DNA of 64,000 nucleotides. Origin: Octopus sinensis (lineage: Eukaryota). The stretch lies in the NCBI RefSeq assembly GCF_006345805.1, contig NC_042999.1:151466001-151530000 (forward strand), read 5' to 3'. Below the pieces are notes generated by a model that saw nothing but the letters and a program-made list of their open reading frames with translations, did not search any database and was not told where the DNA came from. The stretch's first letter is position 1. Each line of letters begins with the position of its first letter. A program made the position numbers and the translations under genes. This document shows positions 1 to 11,228 of the stretch, piece by piece.

Positions 1-1705
1 TTTACCTTTTACTCTGAGCGAGAGGCCTTTTGTCCCTAGCAGAGGTAAGAGCTCTCTGAACTTTGCCCAAGCTATTCTTACTCTAGCAGTTACACTTTCA
101 ACACACCCGCCCCCGCTACTGACTTGGTCACCTAGGTAACGGAAGCTATCAACTATTTCTAGTTTTTCTCCCTGGAAAGTGACGGAAGTTGGTCTCAGAG
201 CATTTTCAGTGTTTATTGCTCCTGAGCATCTGCCACATACAAAAACTATCTTCCTAGTTAGCCTTCCCTTGACGTTACTGCACCTCTTGTGTGTCCATAG
301 CTTACACTTGGTGCATCTTATAGCGTTTCTACCTACGCCTTTCCTACAGATCGAGCAAGGCCATCTACCTGAAGGCGTTTGTGACTTGTCTACCTTCCTA
401 CTTATTAGGACTTTGGTTTTAGCTAGGTTGACTCTAAGGCCCTTCGATTCTAATCCTTGCTTCCACACCTGAAACTTCTCCTCCAGTTCTGATAGTGACT
501 CAGCAATTAGAGCAAGGTCATCAGCATAGAGGAGCTCCCAGGGGCATCCTGTTTTGAATTCCTCCGTTATTGCCTGGTGGACTACGATAAATAGGAGGGG
601 GCTGAGGGCTGAACCTTGGTGGACCCCTACCTCTACCCGGAATTCTTCACTGTACTCGTAGCCAACCCTCACCTTACTAGCAGCATCCCTGTAAATGGCT
701 TGCACAGCTCTCACTAACCATTCATCTATCCCTAGTTTCCTCATTGACCACACAGTCTTGCAACACGAAATACCTCCAGTCTTTGGTCCTCACGGCGCAG
801 AACATTGGCAAATTTTTTCTTATCTGCTTCTCCTCTGGCTAAATAAACCTGTCTCCTAGCTTCTCTTTTGGCAGTCTGATACAATTCCCTGCTACCCCCA
901 TTTTTCCAGTCCTTCCAAGCCTGTCTCTTTTCTCTAATAGCCCTGTCTACAAAATTGTTCCACCACCACGTTATTCTAGGTCGAGAGGGGACTTTGCACC
1001 AGCCACAGATCTGGTCAGTGGCTCTCAGCAGGTTGTCCCTTAGAAACGTCCAGTTGTCTTCTACCCCCTGTGATGCTCTATCCCCTTCTACTTCGTCAAA
1101 GGCTTCAAGTAACATGTCTCTAAATCTCTGTCCATTTGCAGGGTCTTTAAGCTTCCAGATCCTTCTTCTCCATGTTGGTCATCTTCTGGTCGTCCTCTTA
1201 GTTCTGATCCTAAAGTCACTAACTACCAGTCTATGTTGTGGGGTACATTCTTCGCCTGGGAAGGTTTTGGCATTTATAAGCAGCCATCTTTCCCTTTTCC
1301 TGGTAAGGATGTAGTCAATTTGGCTGGTATGTCGACCCGATCGGTAGGTGACTAGGTGGCTGGTAGGTTTCCTGAAGTTAGTGTTGCAAACCATGAGATC
1401 ATTTGCGTCGCAGAACTCCAGGAGCCTGTTTCCCTCCTCGTTGCGGGAACCATAGCCATAGCCTCCATGTACACCATGGAAGCCCCCAGCATGTTTTCCA
1501 ACATGCCCATTGAAATCACCAGCCACAAAGAGAAGGTCTCTGTCGTTCGTCAACGAGGCAGTCTGCAGTAAGGCATCATAGAATTGGTCTTTCTGTCCAT
1601 CAGGTAGCCCTGGTTGAGGGGCATAGGCCGATATAATGGTTGCTAATCTATGATGAAGCACTATTCTAATCTTAAGTATTCTGTCACTTACTCTGATTAC
1701 CTCAG
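1..1705 (-). mobile_element. RTE-clade LINE, internally deleted (APE endonuclease + partial RT)
   Basis: ORF 1179-1661 has APE motifs (SAYAPQ, GDFNGHVG, SQIDYIL, HRLV). Bases 1-750 closely match the RT copy at about 9145-9895. The sequence jumps near 750 from RT to linker. Confidence 0.92.
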
Positions 1706-1706
1706 G

Positions 1707-1745
<39 letters not shown>

Positions 1746-1974
1746 TAATTAATCAATATAGGGTGGCAAAAAAAAATTTTGTAGAATTTTTTTGCCACCA
1801 GCGGCCTAGTGGGAAAAAATTAAATAGTCATAGACCATTTTTAAGTTCAACATCACAATCAAGGAACGGCTATAATAGGCCATTCACCCACTAGAAATAA
1901 CAGCCAAAAGCTTTAACCGCAAAATAACATCAATTCCGTAAACCAGGAGAAAATTAAAAAACATTTACCCTGTA

Positions 1975-2081
1975 ATTTCTTATACGATGCACCGTTTCAT
2001 CTACTGTTTAATGGTAAACTAACCTGATTAAATTAAATCAAGCCAATCTACCATAGGCCCTTAGATTCATCAGTAAGAAAT
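1975..2081 (-). ncRNA. Type I hammerhead ribozyme (inverted copy)
   Basis: Reverse complement of 2208-2314. Confidence 0.82.
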
Positions 2082-2207
2082 AGCCGGCTTATATTTATTT
2101 GCTGCCGATAAATTTGGCGCGAGTGCGATGATTTGAAAATTTTAGGTCAGATATTGCCGAGGCAGGGACGGGAATGCCTCGTGAAAAATATCTGTTCCGA
2201 CTTGGCT

Positions 2208-2314
2208 ATTTCTTACTGATGAATCTAAGGGCCTATGGTAGATTGGCTTGATTTAATTTAATCAGGTTAGTTTACCATTAAACAGTAGATGAAACGGTGC
2301 ATCGTATAAGAAAT
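2208..2314 (+). ncRNA. Type I hammerhead ribozyme with extended helix II
   Basis: Helix I ATTTCTTA/TAAGAAAT; CTGATGA 2216-2222; helix II closed by ATCTA/TAGAT; GAAA 2291-2294; helix III CGG-TGCA-TCG; cleavage triplet GTA 2304-2306. Confidence 0.85.
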
Positions 2315-2697
2315 TACAGGGTAAATGTTTTTTAATTTTCTCCTGGTTTACGGAATTGATGTTATTTTGCGGTTAAAGCTTTTGGCTGTTATTTCTAGTG
2401 GGTGAATGGCCTATTATGGCCGTTCCTTGATTGTGATGTTGAACTTAAAAATGGTCTATGACTATTTAATTTTTTCCCACTAGACCGCTGGTGGCAAAAA
2501 AATTCTACAAAATTTTTTTTGCCACCCTATATTGATTAATTATGAATTTTCTGGTTAGTTCCGTAATGGAATCGGCGGCTTATATTTATTTGCTGCCGAT
2601 AAATTTGGCGCGAGTGCGATGATTTGAAAATTTTAGGTCAGATATTGCCGAGGCAGGGACGGGAATGCCTCGTGAAAATATCTGTTCCGACTTGGCT

Positions 2698-2804
2698 ATT
2701 TCTTACTGATGAATCTAAGGGTCTATGGTAGATTGGCTTGATTTAATTTAATCAGGTTAGTTTACCATTAAACAGTAGATGAAACGGTGCATCGTATAAG
2801 AAAT
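2698..2804 (+). ncRNA. Type I hammerhead ribozyme (second tandem copy)
   Basis: Same core as 2208-2314: CTGATGA 2706-2712, GAAA 2781-2784, GTA 2794-2796. Confidence 0.85.
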
Positions 2805-2922
2805 TACAGGGTAAATGTTTTTTAATTTTCTCCTGGTTTACGGAATTGATGTTATTTTGCGGTTAAAGCTTTTGGCTGTTATTTCTAGTGGGTGAATGGC
2901 CTATTATGGCCGTTCCTTGATT

Positions 2923-2960
<38 letters not shown>

Positions 2961-3205
2961 CATAATCGTGTGTGCGTGTGTGCAGCTGTTGTCAGGGAAT
3001 AATGGAATGATATTTGATACAGTATTGATTTTAAAAAATCCATTGTCATAAAATCTCAGCTTGCATTCACACGCGCATATGACTTATATGCCAACGGATT
3101 TTTTAGCCCAAAATTATCATTATAGCCATCCCTGACAGCAGTTGTATTGCACATTATCCGTTTATAACTCCCCAAGTACGAAAGTTCTGCGTATGCTTCT
3201 CAAGA

Positions 3206-3287
3206 ATGCGTTCGTCAATTTGGAGAAGATCACTCAAAACTTTTTCCATTATTTCACTATTCCTGGTCATTATTGTTTGGAAAAAAT
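3206..3287 (+). CDS. Putative first coding exon of carbohydrate sulfotransferase (cytoplasmic tail + TM anchor)
   Basis: Translates MRSSIWRRSLKTFSIISLFLVIIVWKK + 1 nt, a type II membrane N-terminus, followed by a GTAAGT donor (phase 1). Linkage to the downstream exons is inferred from phase and topology. Confidence 0.65.
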
Positions 3288-3630
3288 GTAAGTAGAATTT
3301 TCTTCTTCTTATATTACAATACTATTCATATCTGGTTTGCATTCTAAGAATAAATCAATCCACAATGTGACCACCACCTCATTTTATCAAGACTAAGAGG
3401 ATTAATTGTAAAGTTAACTTCACTGTGATTTGAAATTAAGCTATAAAATGCCTCATTAATTGGCACAGACAATTTTTCTTATGATATATTTATTTCAGAT
3501 GGTGAGTTGGCAGAATAGTTATCACGCCAAACTTCGCAGTATTTCTTTCAGTTTGTTTTTATGTGAGTTCAAATCCCACCAAAATCAAATTGGCTTTTCA
3601 CTTCTTCGGGATCTATAAAATGTACAAATC

Positions 3631-3892
3631 AAAAGTTTTGAATGGTACAACAATGCACTATAATACAAACAATGGGCTATATACTTGTTGTAATTTAGTC
3701 ATCCATAGTCTGATAATATTTTGGAATAAAATTCCTTCTTCAGATATTCTTAGATTATAGCAGTGACTCCATCTAAGAATATCTTAAGAAGGAATTTTAT
3801 TCCGAAATATTATCAGACTATAGATGACTAAATTACAACAGGTATATAGCACATTGTATTATTATGCTTTGTTGTACCATTCAAAACTTTTT
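3631..3892. repeat. Long inverted repeat (~125-bp arms, ~15-bp spacer)
   Basis: AAAAGTTTTGAATGGTACAAC...TTCTTAGAT pairs with ATCTAAGAAT...GTTGTACCATTCAAAACTTTT. Confidence 0.85.
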
Positions 3893-4863
3893 ATTCTTTA
3901 CAAACAATACACAATGTTTCAAGCGAACCACAATACTCTCATATACTTATCAAATGTTGTGGTTAACGTAATCTACAAGACCCCTCTTCTCAACAACACT
4001 AACCCTGAACACTAGAACGGACTAGCGAACATTGTGAGTTCAGTTACTTTTATGCCACGGAAACCCAATAACCAACTTTATAAGTCCCTGGACACACAAA
4101 AAAAAAAAACAGTTCCTGCCACTGCGTTTATTTTCAAAATATTAATTCTGATAGATGGCTTCTTATTATTTCAAAGAATGGTTTAAGATGTTATTCTTTG
4201 TTTTCGCTTTCTATCCCCTCCACAGTCTCACATACATATCTATACATCAAAAACATTCCAGCGCTGTTGAATTTATAATTTTTCGGTAATTTCTGATTGT
4301 GTCTGAGACTAAGAAGTACTTTGTGAGAAAATTGTGTTCTTGAGTTTATTTTCAGATTATTTATTTCAGTTTTATTAAGCACTTAAGCGATTAATCTCAT
4401 TCTCTTGAAAAAAAAGTGCTGGCCTTATGTCAAAATTTGTAAAAACATTTTTTCTAGTTCTACGTTTTGAGATCAAATTCTGCTGAGGTCGTCTTTGCCT
4501 TTCATCTTTACTATTTGTGCCCTGGGGCTAATGTAATCGACCTACCCACGTCCAATTTCTGGCCTTGTACCAAAATTTGAAAGGATTATTATCATTATTG
4601 TTTCCGGCTCTTTATGATCTGAGTTCAAATATCACTGAGGTCGACTTTGTCTTTCCTCCTTTGGGGGACGAATAAATTGGTGCTAGTTGAGCATGGGTCG
4701 ATGTAATCGACTAGCCTCCACACCCAAAATTTCAGGCCCTGTACCTATATCAGAAAATATTATTACGTACATATGGACTATGCGTTTAAGAAGTTTGTTT
4801 TACAACCACATGGTTCCGGTTTCCATCGCTAAATGCAGCATCTTGTACAATAGTCTTTTACTA

Positions 4864-6057
4864 GCGAATCAGCATAGTCAGATCAGACTCAATGGTGACC
4901 TGTTGGAGCCCTTCCCCATCTCCAACAGTGGGAAGCAGGGTTGTGTCCTGGCACCGACTCTCTTCAGCATGATGATCAAACATGCAACTGAAGATATGGA
5001 GGATGAGGATGGGGTGTATGTTAGGTATCGTCTGGATGGCAGCCTCTTCAATCTACGGCGCCTCCAAGCCCATACCAAGACCCAGGAGAGGCTGATCCGA
5101 GACCTCTTCATGGACGATGCTGTCCTTGTTGCCCACACAGAGTGAGCTCTGCAGCACATCATGTCCTGCTTTGCAGACGCCACGCAGCTCTTTGGCCTGG
5201 AGGTCAGCCTCAAGAAGACAAAAGTACTTCACCAACCTACACCCCACATCATTATCTACGGTACCGAACTGAAATCAACACAGCAGTTTAACTACCTGGG
5301 CTGCATCATCTCATTCGATGCAACGACTCTCTAAGGCAAATAGGTCCTTTGGCAGATTGTACAAATGTGTTTGGCACAATAATAACCTGAAGAACAAAAC
5401 AAAGATCAGTGTCTACAGGGGCGTGGTTCTCAGCACTCTTCTCTATGGCTCAGAGACCTGGATCACTTACCGCAGTCACATCCGTCTCCTCGAGTGCTTC
5501 CACCAGCGATGTCTCTGCACCATCCTCAACATACACGGGTGTGACTTCGTCACAAACATTGAAGTCTTGGAGCGGGTCGAGATCCCCAGCATTGAATCCA
5601 TGCTACAGAAGTCCCTCCTCCGATGGGCAGGGCATGTCTCCAGAATGGAGAAACATCACCTTCCTAAGATTACTGTGTTTGGCGAACTCTCCACCGGCTA
5701 CCGTGTTAGAGGAGCTCCGAGGAAGCTACAAAGATTGCCTCAAGAAGTCTCTAACAGCATGTCATATTGACCACCAATGCCGGTCAGACCTGGCTGCGGA
5801 CCGTGATGTCTGGCGCCACACGATCTTCAACGCAGTCAGCGAGTTTGAGGAACAAAGAAGAGATGTGTTTAAAGACAAGAGACGCAGGAGGAAAGCGCGA
5901 GCCGCTTCTGACACCACACCGGATGTTACCTTAGTCTGTGGACACTACTCACGTACCTGCCTTCCCTGTATCAGACTTGTCAGACATGAGCGTGCATGCA
6001 CACGACGTGGACAGCCTTCCTGATCTTCGTTCGCGAAGCCGAGCGATGATGATGATG
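4864..6057 (+). mobile_element. 5'-truncated RTE-BovB-like LINE with (GAT)n tail
   Basis: RT motifs KQGCVLAPTLF, DGSLFNLRRL, LLYGSETW, LRWAGHV; C-terminal Zn-finger remnant; frameshifts; 14-bp TSD ATAGTCTTTTACTA (4850-4863) / ATAGACTTTTACTA (6058-6071). Confidence 0.9.
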
Positions 6058-6338
6058 ATAGACTTTTACTATAGACTTAGATTAACTAATGATTTATGGA
6101 TAGAGATTGGTTAATGGAAATATATAGAATCCGTGTGCATCAGAGAATATCTAATCATGGGTTAAAGAAAACAAGTGACACATGATTTTTTACATGGAGC
6201 CATTTGCAGTATTTGTTCTGCATTAAATGACTGATACTCTCTTATAGCTCATAAAGTATCAGAAATCAGCCCATTAGGATAAAGATTATATATATATATA
6301 TATATATATATGCATAATAGTGGTTTTATCTCTAATTT

Positions 6339-6386
<48 letters not shown>

Positions 6387-6423
6387 TTGCAAGATTTTTG
6401 ATGTGAAATCGTGTGTTGAAACA

Positions 6424-8366
6424 GATATTGTTGTATTTAGGAATGGTCATTTTGCCGGTTTAGCCAATAAAAACACACGCACTATATATTTGGTGTTACT
6501 TTGCTTCAGCATTATTTATTTTTTACATTAATTGTAATCTTATTTCGGCCAGAGTTCTTTCGTCACACTCCTGTGACCGCATCAGTGGTCCTTTGCTTTC
6601 TTCTCTCTTATTTATGTGTCTTCATTTGCGCATGCGTATATCTCAATGTGCGTCTATGTTTAGTCAGTGTGTGCGTTATACATACATAGATACATACATA
6701 CATACATACATACATACATACATACATACATACATACATAATACTAATAATAATGATAATGATAGTAGTAATAATAATAAGTGGGTGTAAACACATGAAC
6801 AAATTAAGAATAAACAAAAACAAAAAACAAATTACACAAACGTATATAAACAGGAGATGCAAATATTACAGGCATTTCTCCACACACACACTAACTAAAC
6901 ATAGACGCACATTGAGATATACGCATGCGCAAATGAAGACACATACAATAGAAATACAAAATGGCTGACAGTTAGTAAGGAGAGACACATAAATATTGTT
7001 ACGAGGGGGACCTCCGAAAACTGTACGGAATCCCTCAGACAGGCCCGACTCGATCAGCGAATGTTCCCGCCACGGAAACTCGTCGGAGAGAGGAGAGAGA
7101 GACACAACAACAACAACCGCAGCAGCACAGGGAGATACAGAGGCACAGAGAGGCAACCCGAGAGAGACACCAAAAGAGGCAAGGCAAAACGGCAACACTG
7201 GCAACACTGGCTTACATTTAACAACAGTTTATATGACAATCAATAGTTACAACATCAAAGCATTTAAGGCAAACAACAAATCAATACATCATACGGGTAT
7301 ACCACAGATCAAAGCATTTAACAACATGCATGTAACAATATAACAGTCCGGAGACACAACAAGTCATATACAGTATTTCAAAGGTACACGTCCGAAGACA
7401 CAGTTCTTTTCCCAAATCACATCAATAGATAACGTTCACAGTTCTTTATAATCTTTTTCTACACATATCAACACAATTCTGAACATAAATACCACAACTC
7501 GATAATCGACATATCGACAAGTCCTTGACTGTTCTTTTCACTGTTCAATACACCGTGACACGTATCAATACACAATCAAATACCTTAATTCCTAATTAGA
7601 ATCGCCAGTGTCCCATTCCGCACTCCATCTCTCCATACCGCTAATTCCTCCGTACATATTCCCTTCTGTGCCGCCAAGTTCTCTTGCATCCCAACTTGCT
7701 CCTAAGATTCCACCGCTTGCTCCTAACTTCCAAGAATCCGACTGTGTTCTTCGACGACCGACTCCCGACTGCCCAAAACCTCACTTCCTTGTCCTGACTT
7801 CCACTACCCTAATCTCCCTCTGTCTCTATTTGTTATAGCCTCTCTATTTGCCCTCTGATTCCCTACTCTATCTCTATCACCCGCTGCCTATCACCCTCTC
7901 ATGACAGCTCTACCATACTCTCTGCCTGTCCTTCTCTGCCCCCTCATCCTCTCTCACTGCCAATTCTTCCTCACATCTGTCCCTTAGCCTTATACTCTAT
8001 CTCTCTCACTACTTTTCTTCCTCTTCTTCAAGGGATGTCTAGAACGACCCCTAATCGACCGCACAAGGCCAGAAAGGTCCCATTAATCTCCCATTAAACA
8101 AAGGACTGTCACTTTTTACTCCAGTCCTGCCGGCACCATTATTCCAAAGTGGGTCACCAAGAAACACTGCACTAGCTAAACTCATAACAATATGAAAGAA
8201 GAAAGCAAAGGACTACTGATGCGGTCGCAGGAGTGTGACGAAAGAACTCTGGCAGAAATAAGATTATAACTAATGTAAAAAATAAATAACGGTGAAGCAA
8301 AGTAACACCAAATATATAGTGTGTGTGTTTTTATTGGCTAAACCGGCAAAATGATCATTCCTAAAT

Positions 8367-8376
<10 letters not shown>
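6424..8376. mobile_element. Inverted-repeat (Penelope-pLTR-like) element between (TA)n tracts, interrupted by a solo LTR
   Basis: 6424-6672 is the reverse complement of 6885-6945 + 8194-8376. A further copy lies at about 12750-12868. Confidence 0.6.
6997..8189. mobile_element. Solo LTR (1193 bp)
   Basis: Termini TGTTACGAG...CTCATAACA with 4-bp TSD ATAT. Removing it restores GAGACACATAAATATGAAAGAAG, seen intact at about 12840-12864 (-). Confidence 0.8.
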
Positions 8377-8411
<35 letters not shown>

Positions 8412-8445
8412 CACACACACACACACACACACATACATACATACA

Positions 8446-8493
<48 letters not shown>

Positions 8494-8494
8494 A

Positions 8495-10866
8495 AACAAT
8501 AAGAGAGGATCCACTATGTGGATGCTCTAACGCTAGATATAGATCCGCAAAGGGAATCTACCACCAAGGAAATGTTCTCAAGAATTAATTCAATGCACCA
8601 AGAATGTCCTCACTTGCCTCAACACGTCTTCACAAGTAGAGTTTTGTGTCCCAAGAAGGGAAGGTATGCATACGTAGGCTGGCTCCATCCCATGTAGAAG
8701 GCCACGGGTTGTGGACTCACTTGTCCTGCCGGGTCTTCTCGCGCACAGCACACTTCCAGAGGTCTCGGTCTCTAGTCATTTCCTCAGTGAGACCTAAAGT
8801 TCGAAGGTCGTGCTTCACCACCTCGTCCCAGGTTTTCCTGGGTCTGCCTCTTCCACAGATCCCCTCAACAGCTAGGGTGTGGCACTTTTTCACACAACTA
8901 TCTTCATCCATTCTCGCCACATGGCCATACCAGTGCAAACGTCCCTCTTGCACACCGCAACTGATGCTTCTTAGGTCCAGCTTTTCTCTCAAGGTACTTA
9001 CACTCTGCCGAGTGTGAGTACCGGCATTACACATCCATCGGAGCATACTGGCTTCATTTCTAGCGAGCTTACGCATATCCTCAGCAGTCACGGCCCATGT
9101 TTCACTGCCATGTAGCATGGCTGTTCGTACACACGCATCATACAGTCTGCCTTTCACTCTGTGCGAGAGGCCTTTTGTCACCAGCAGAGGTAAGAGCTCT
9201 CTGAACTTTGCCCAAGCTATTCTTACTCTAGCAGTTACACTTTCAGCACACCCACCCCCGCTGCTGACTTGGTCACCTAGGTAACGGAAACTATCAACTA
9301 TTTCTAGTTTTTCTCCCTGGAAAGTGACGGAAGTTGGTCTCAGAGCATTTTCAGTGTTTATTGTTCCTGAGCATCTGCCACATACAAAAACCATCTTCCT
9401 AGTTAGCCTTCCTTTGACATTGCTGCATCTCTTATGTGTCCATAGCTTACACTTGGTGCATCTTATAGAGTTTCTACCTACACCTTTTCTACAGATCGAG
9501 CAGGGCCATCTACCTGAAGGTGTTTGTGATTTGTCTACCTTCCTACTGATTACGACTTTGGTTTTAGCTAGATTGACTCTGAGGCCCTTCGATTCTAATC
9601 CTTGTTTCCACACCTGAAACTTCTCCTCCAGTTCTGATAGCGACTCAGCAATTAGAGCAAGGTCATCAGCATAGAGGAGCTCCCAAGGGCATCCTGTCTT
9701 GAATTCCTCCGTTATTGCCTGGAGGACTATGATAAATAGGAGGGGGCTGAGTACTGAGCCTTGGTGGACCCCTACCTCTACCCGGAATTCTTCACTGTAC
9801 TCATTTCCAACCCTCACCCTACTAGTGGCGTCCCTATACATGGCCCGCACAGCTCTCACTAACCATTCATCTATCCCTAGTTTTCTCATTGCCCACCAGA
9901 TAAGGGATCGGGGGACCCTGTCGAAGGCTTTCTCCATGTCAACAAAAGCCAGGTACAGGGGCTTATCTTTGGCTAGGTATTTCTCCTGCAGCTGCCTTAC
10001 CAGGAATATAGCATCAGTAGTACTTTTCCCTGGCACAAACCCAAACTGCATCTCATCTAAACTAACTCTCTCTCTAATTAGTTGGGCTATGACCCTCTCC
10101 GTAACCTTCATCACCTGGTCCAACAGCTTGATCGAAATCGATCAATGGAAATTGCGGATGTGCTACCAGTGCCGGTGGCATGTCGAAACTCTGCTTGTGA
10201 AGACCCATTGAGGCAAGTGAGGATCAGAATCGAAATCGATCAATGGAAATCGATCAATGGAAATTGCAGATGTGTTACCAGTGCCGGTGGCATGTAAGAG
10301 AACTTTCCGTTTCGCGACCGTTGCCAGCACCGCCCTGTTTCGTGTCCGTTGCTAGCCTCGCCTGGCCCTCGTGCCGGTGGCACATAAAAAGCACCATCCG
10401 TTCGTGGCCGTTTGCCAGCTCTGTCTGGCACCAGTGCGGGTGGCACGTAAAAAGCACCCACTACACTCACGGAGTGGTTGGCGTTAGGAAGGGCATCCAG
10501 CCGTAGAAACACTGCCAGATTTGACTGGGCCTGATGAAGCCTTCTGGCTTCACAGACCCCAGTAGAACCGTCCAACCCATGCTAGCATGGAAAACGGACG
10601 CTAAATGATGATGATGATGATGATGAATGTAAGCGAGCAGGACAAATGAAAAATAACGAAAAAATAGATTTAATTCTTGAGAACATTTCCTTGGTGGTAG
10701 ATTCCCTTCGTGGATCTATATCTAGCGTTAAAGCGTCCACATAGTGGATCCTCTCTTATTGTTTCGTATTAATAATATTTACTGAATCTCAGTCTTTTAT
10801 ACGCTAGGCCGCTTGGTGTTTAAATTGATGTTATTAATTAATATCCAATTTTTTCACCCTTATTTT

Positions 10867-10870
<4 letters not shown>
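8495..10870. mobile_element. Inverted-repeat element in (TA)n hosting the RTE insertion, related to 30740-30960
   Basis: Arms about 8495-8590 and 10670-10765. Shares CCACTATGTGGA..ACGCTAGA and AAGCGAGCA.GACAAATGAAAAATAAC with 30740-30880. Confidence 0.65.
8608..10624. mobile_element. RTE LINE insertion with 5' inversion (RT segment on - strand 8608-10132; 3'UTR + (GAT)n tail on + strand 10130-10624)
   Basis: Uninterrupted 468-aa RT frame (QFGF, KAFD, QGSVLSP, YADD); TSD GAATGT at 8602-8607 and 10625-10630. Confidence 0.92.
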
Positions 10871-10921
<51 letters not shown>

Positions 10922-11117
10922 TACACATATATGTACACACATACGCACACGCACACACACACACACACACTAACCAGCTGAAACTGCAAAGATAATCTGG
11001 AACTCGACTGACAAAAGAAAACTCCGAATGACCCGTCCTTGTTTCTTCTTGTCCCTTTTTTTATCATATGTCTAGATGTCTTGTCGCCTGTTGCGTTCTT
11101 GCCCCATATTTTGTATT

Positions 11118-11150
<33 letters not shown>

Positions 11151-11173
11151 TTTATTTAAAAGCAGCAGAAATA

Positions 11174-11228
11174 TAACAAAAGCTGTTACTCCGAGTTTCA
11201 CGTTCCCGTTCGTCAGACAGTTTTGTTA
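11174..11228 (-). ncRNA. Minimal type I hammerhead ribozyme
   Basis: Minus strand reads TAACAAAACTGT CTGACGA ACG-GGAA-CGT GAAA CTCGGAG TA ACAGCTTTTGTTA: intact core, GNRA-capped helix II, GUA site. Confidence 0.85.

Larger units (their letters stand above)
1742..2925 (+). mobile_element. Non-coding HHR-bearing element (retrozyme / Penelope-pLTR-like): inverted copy + ~1.7 tandem 490-nt units within (TA)n
   Basis: 1742-2085 is the reverse complement of 2204-2546. The unit starting at 2086 repeats from 2577 to 2925. (TA)n lies on both sides, and the ORF track shows no ORF of 60 aa or more. Confidence 0.8.

Noticed and set aside
8210-8270. HHR-like CTGATGCGG...GAAA motif (also at ~6540-6590 and ~12780-12830 on - strand)
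   Set aside because: A9 is replaced by C and I could not form helix I or a valid NUH site.
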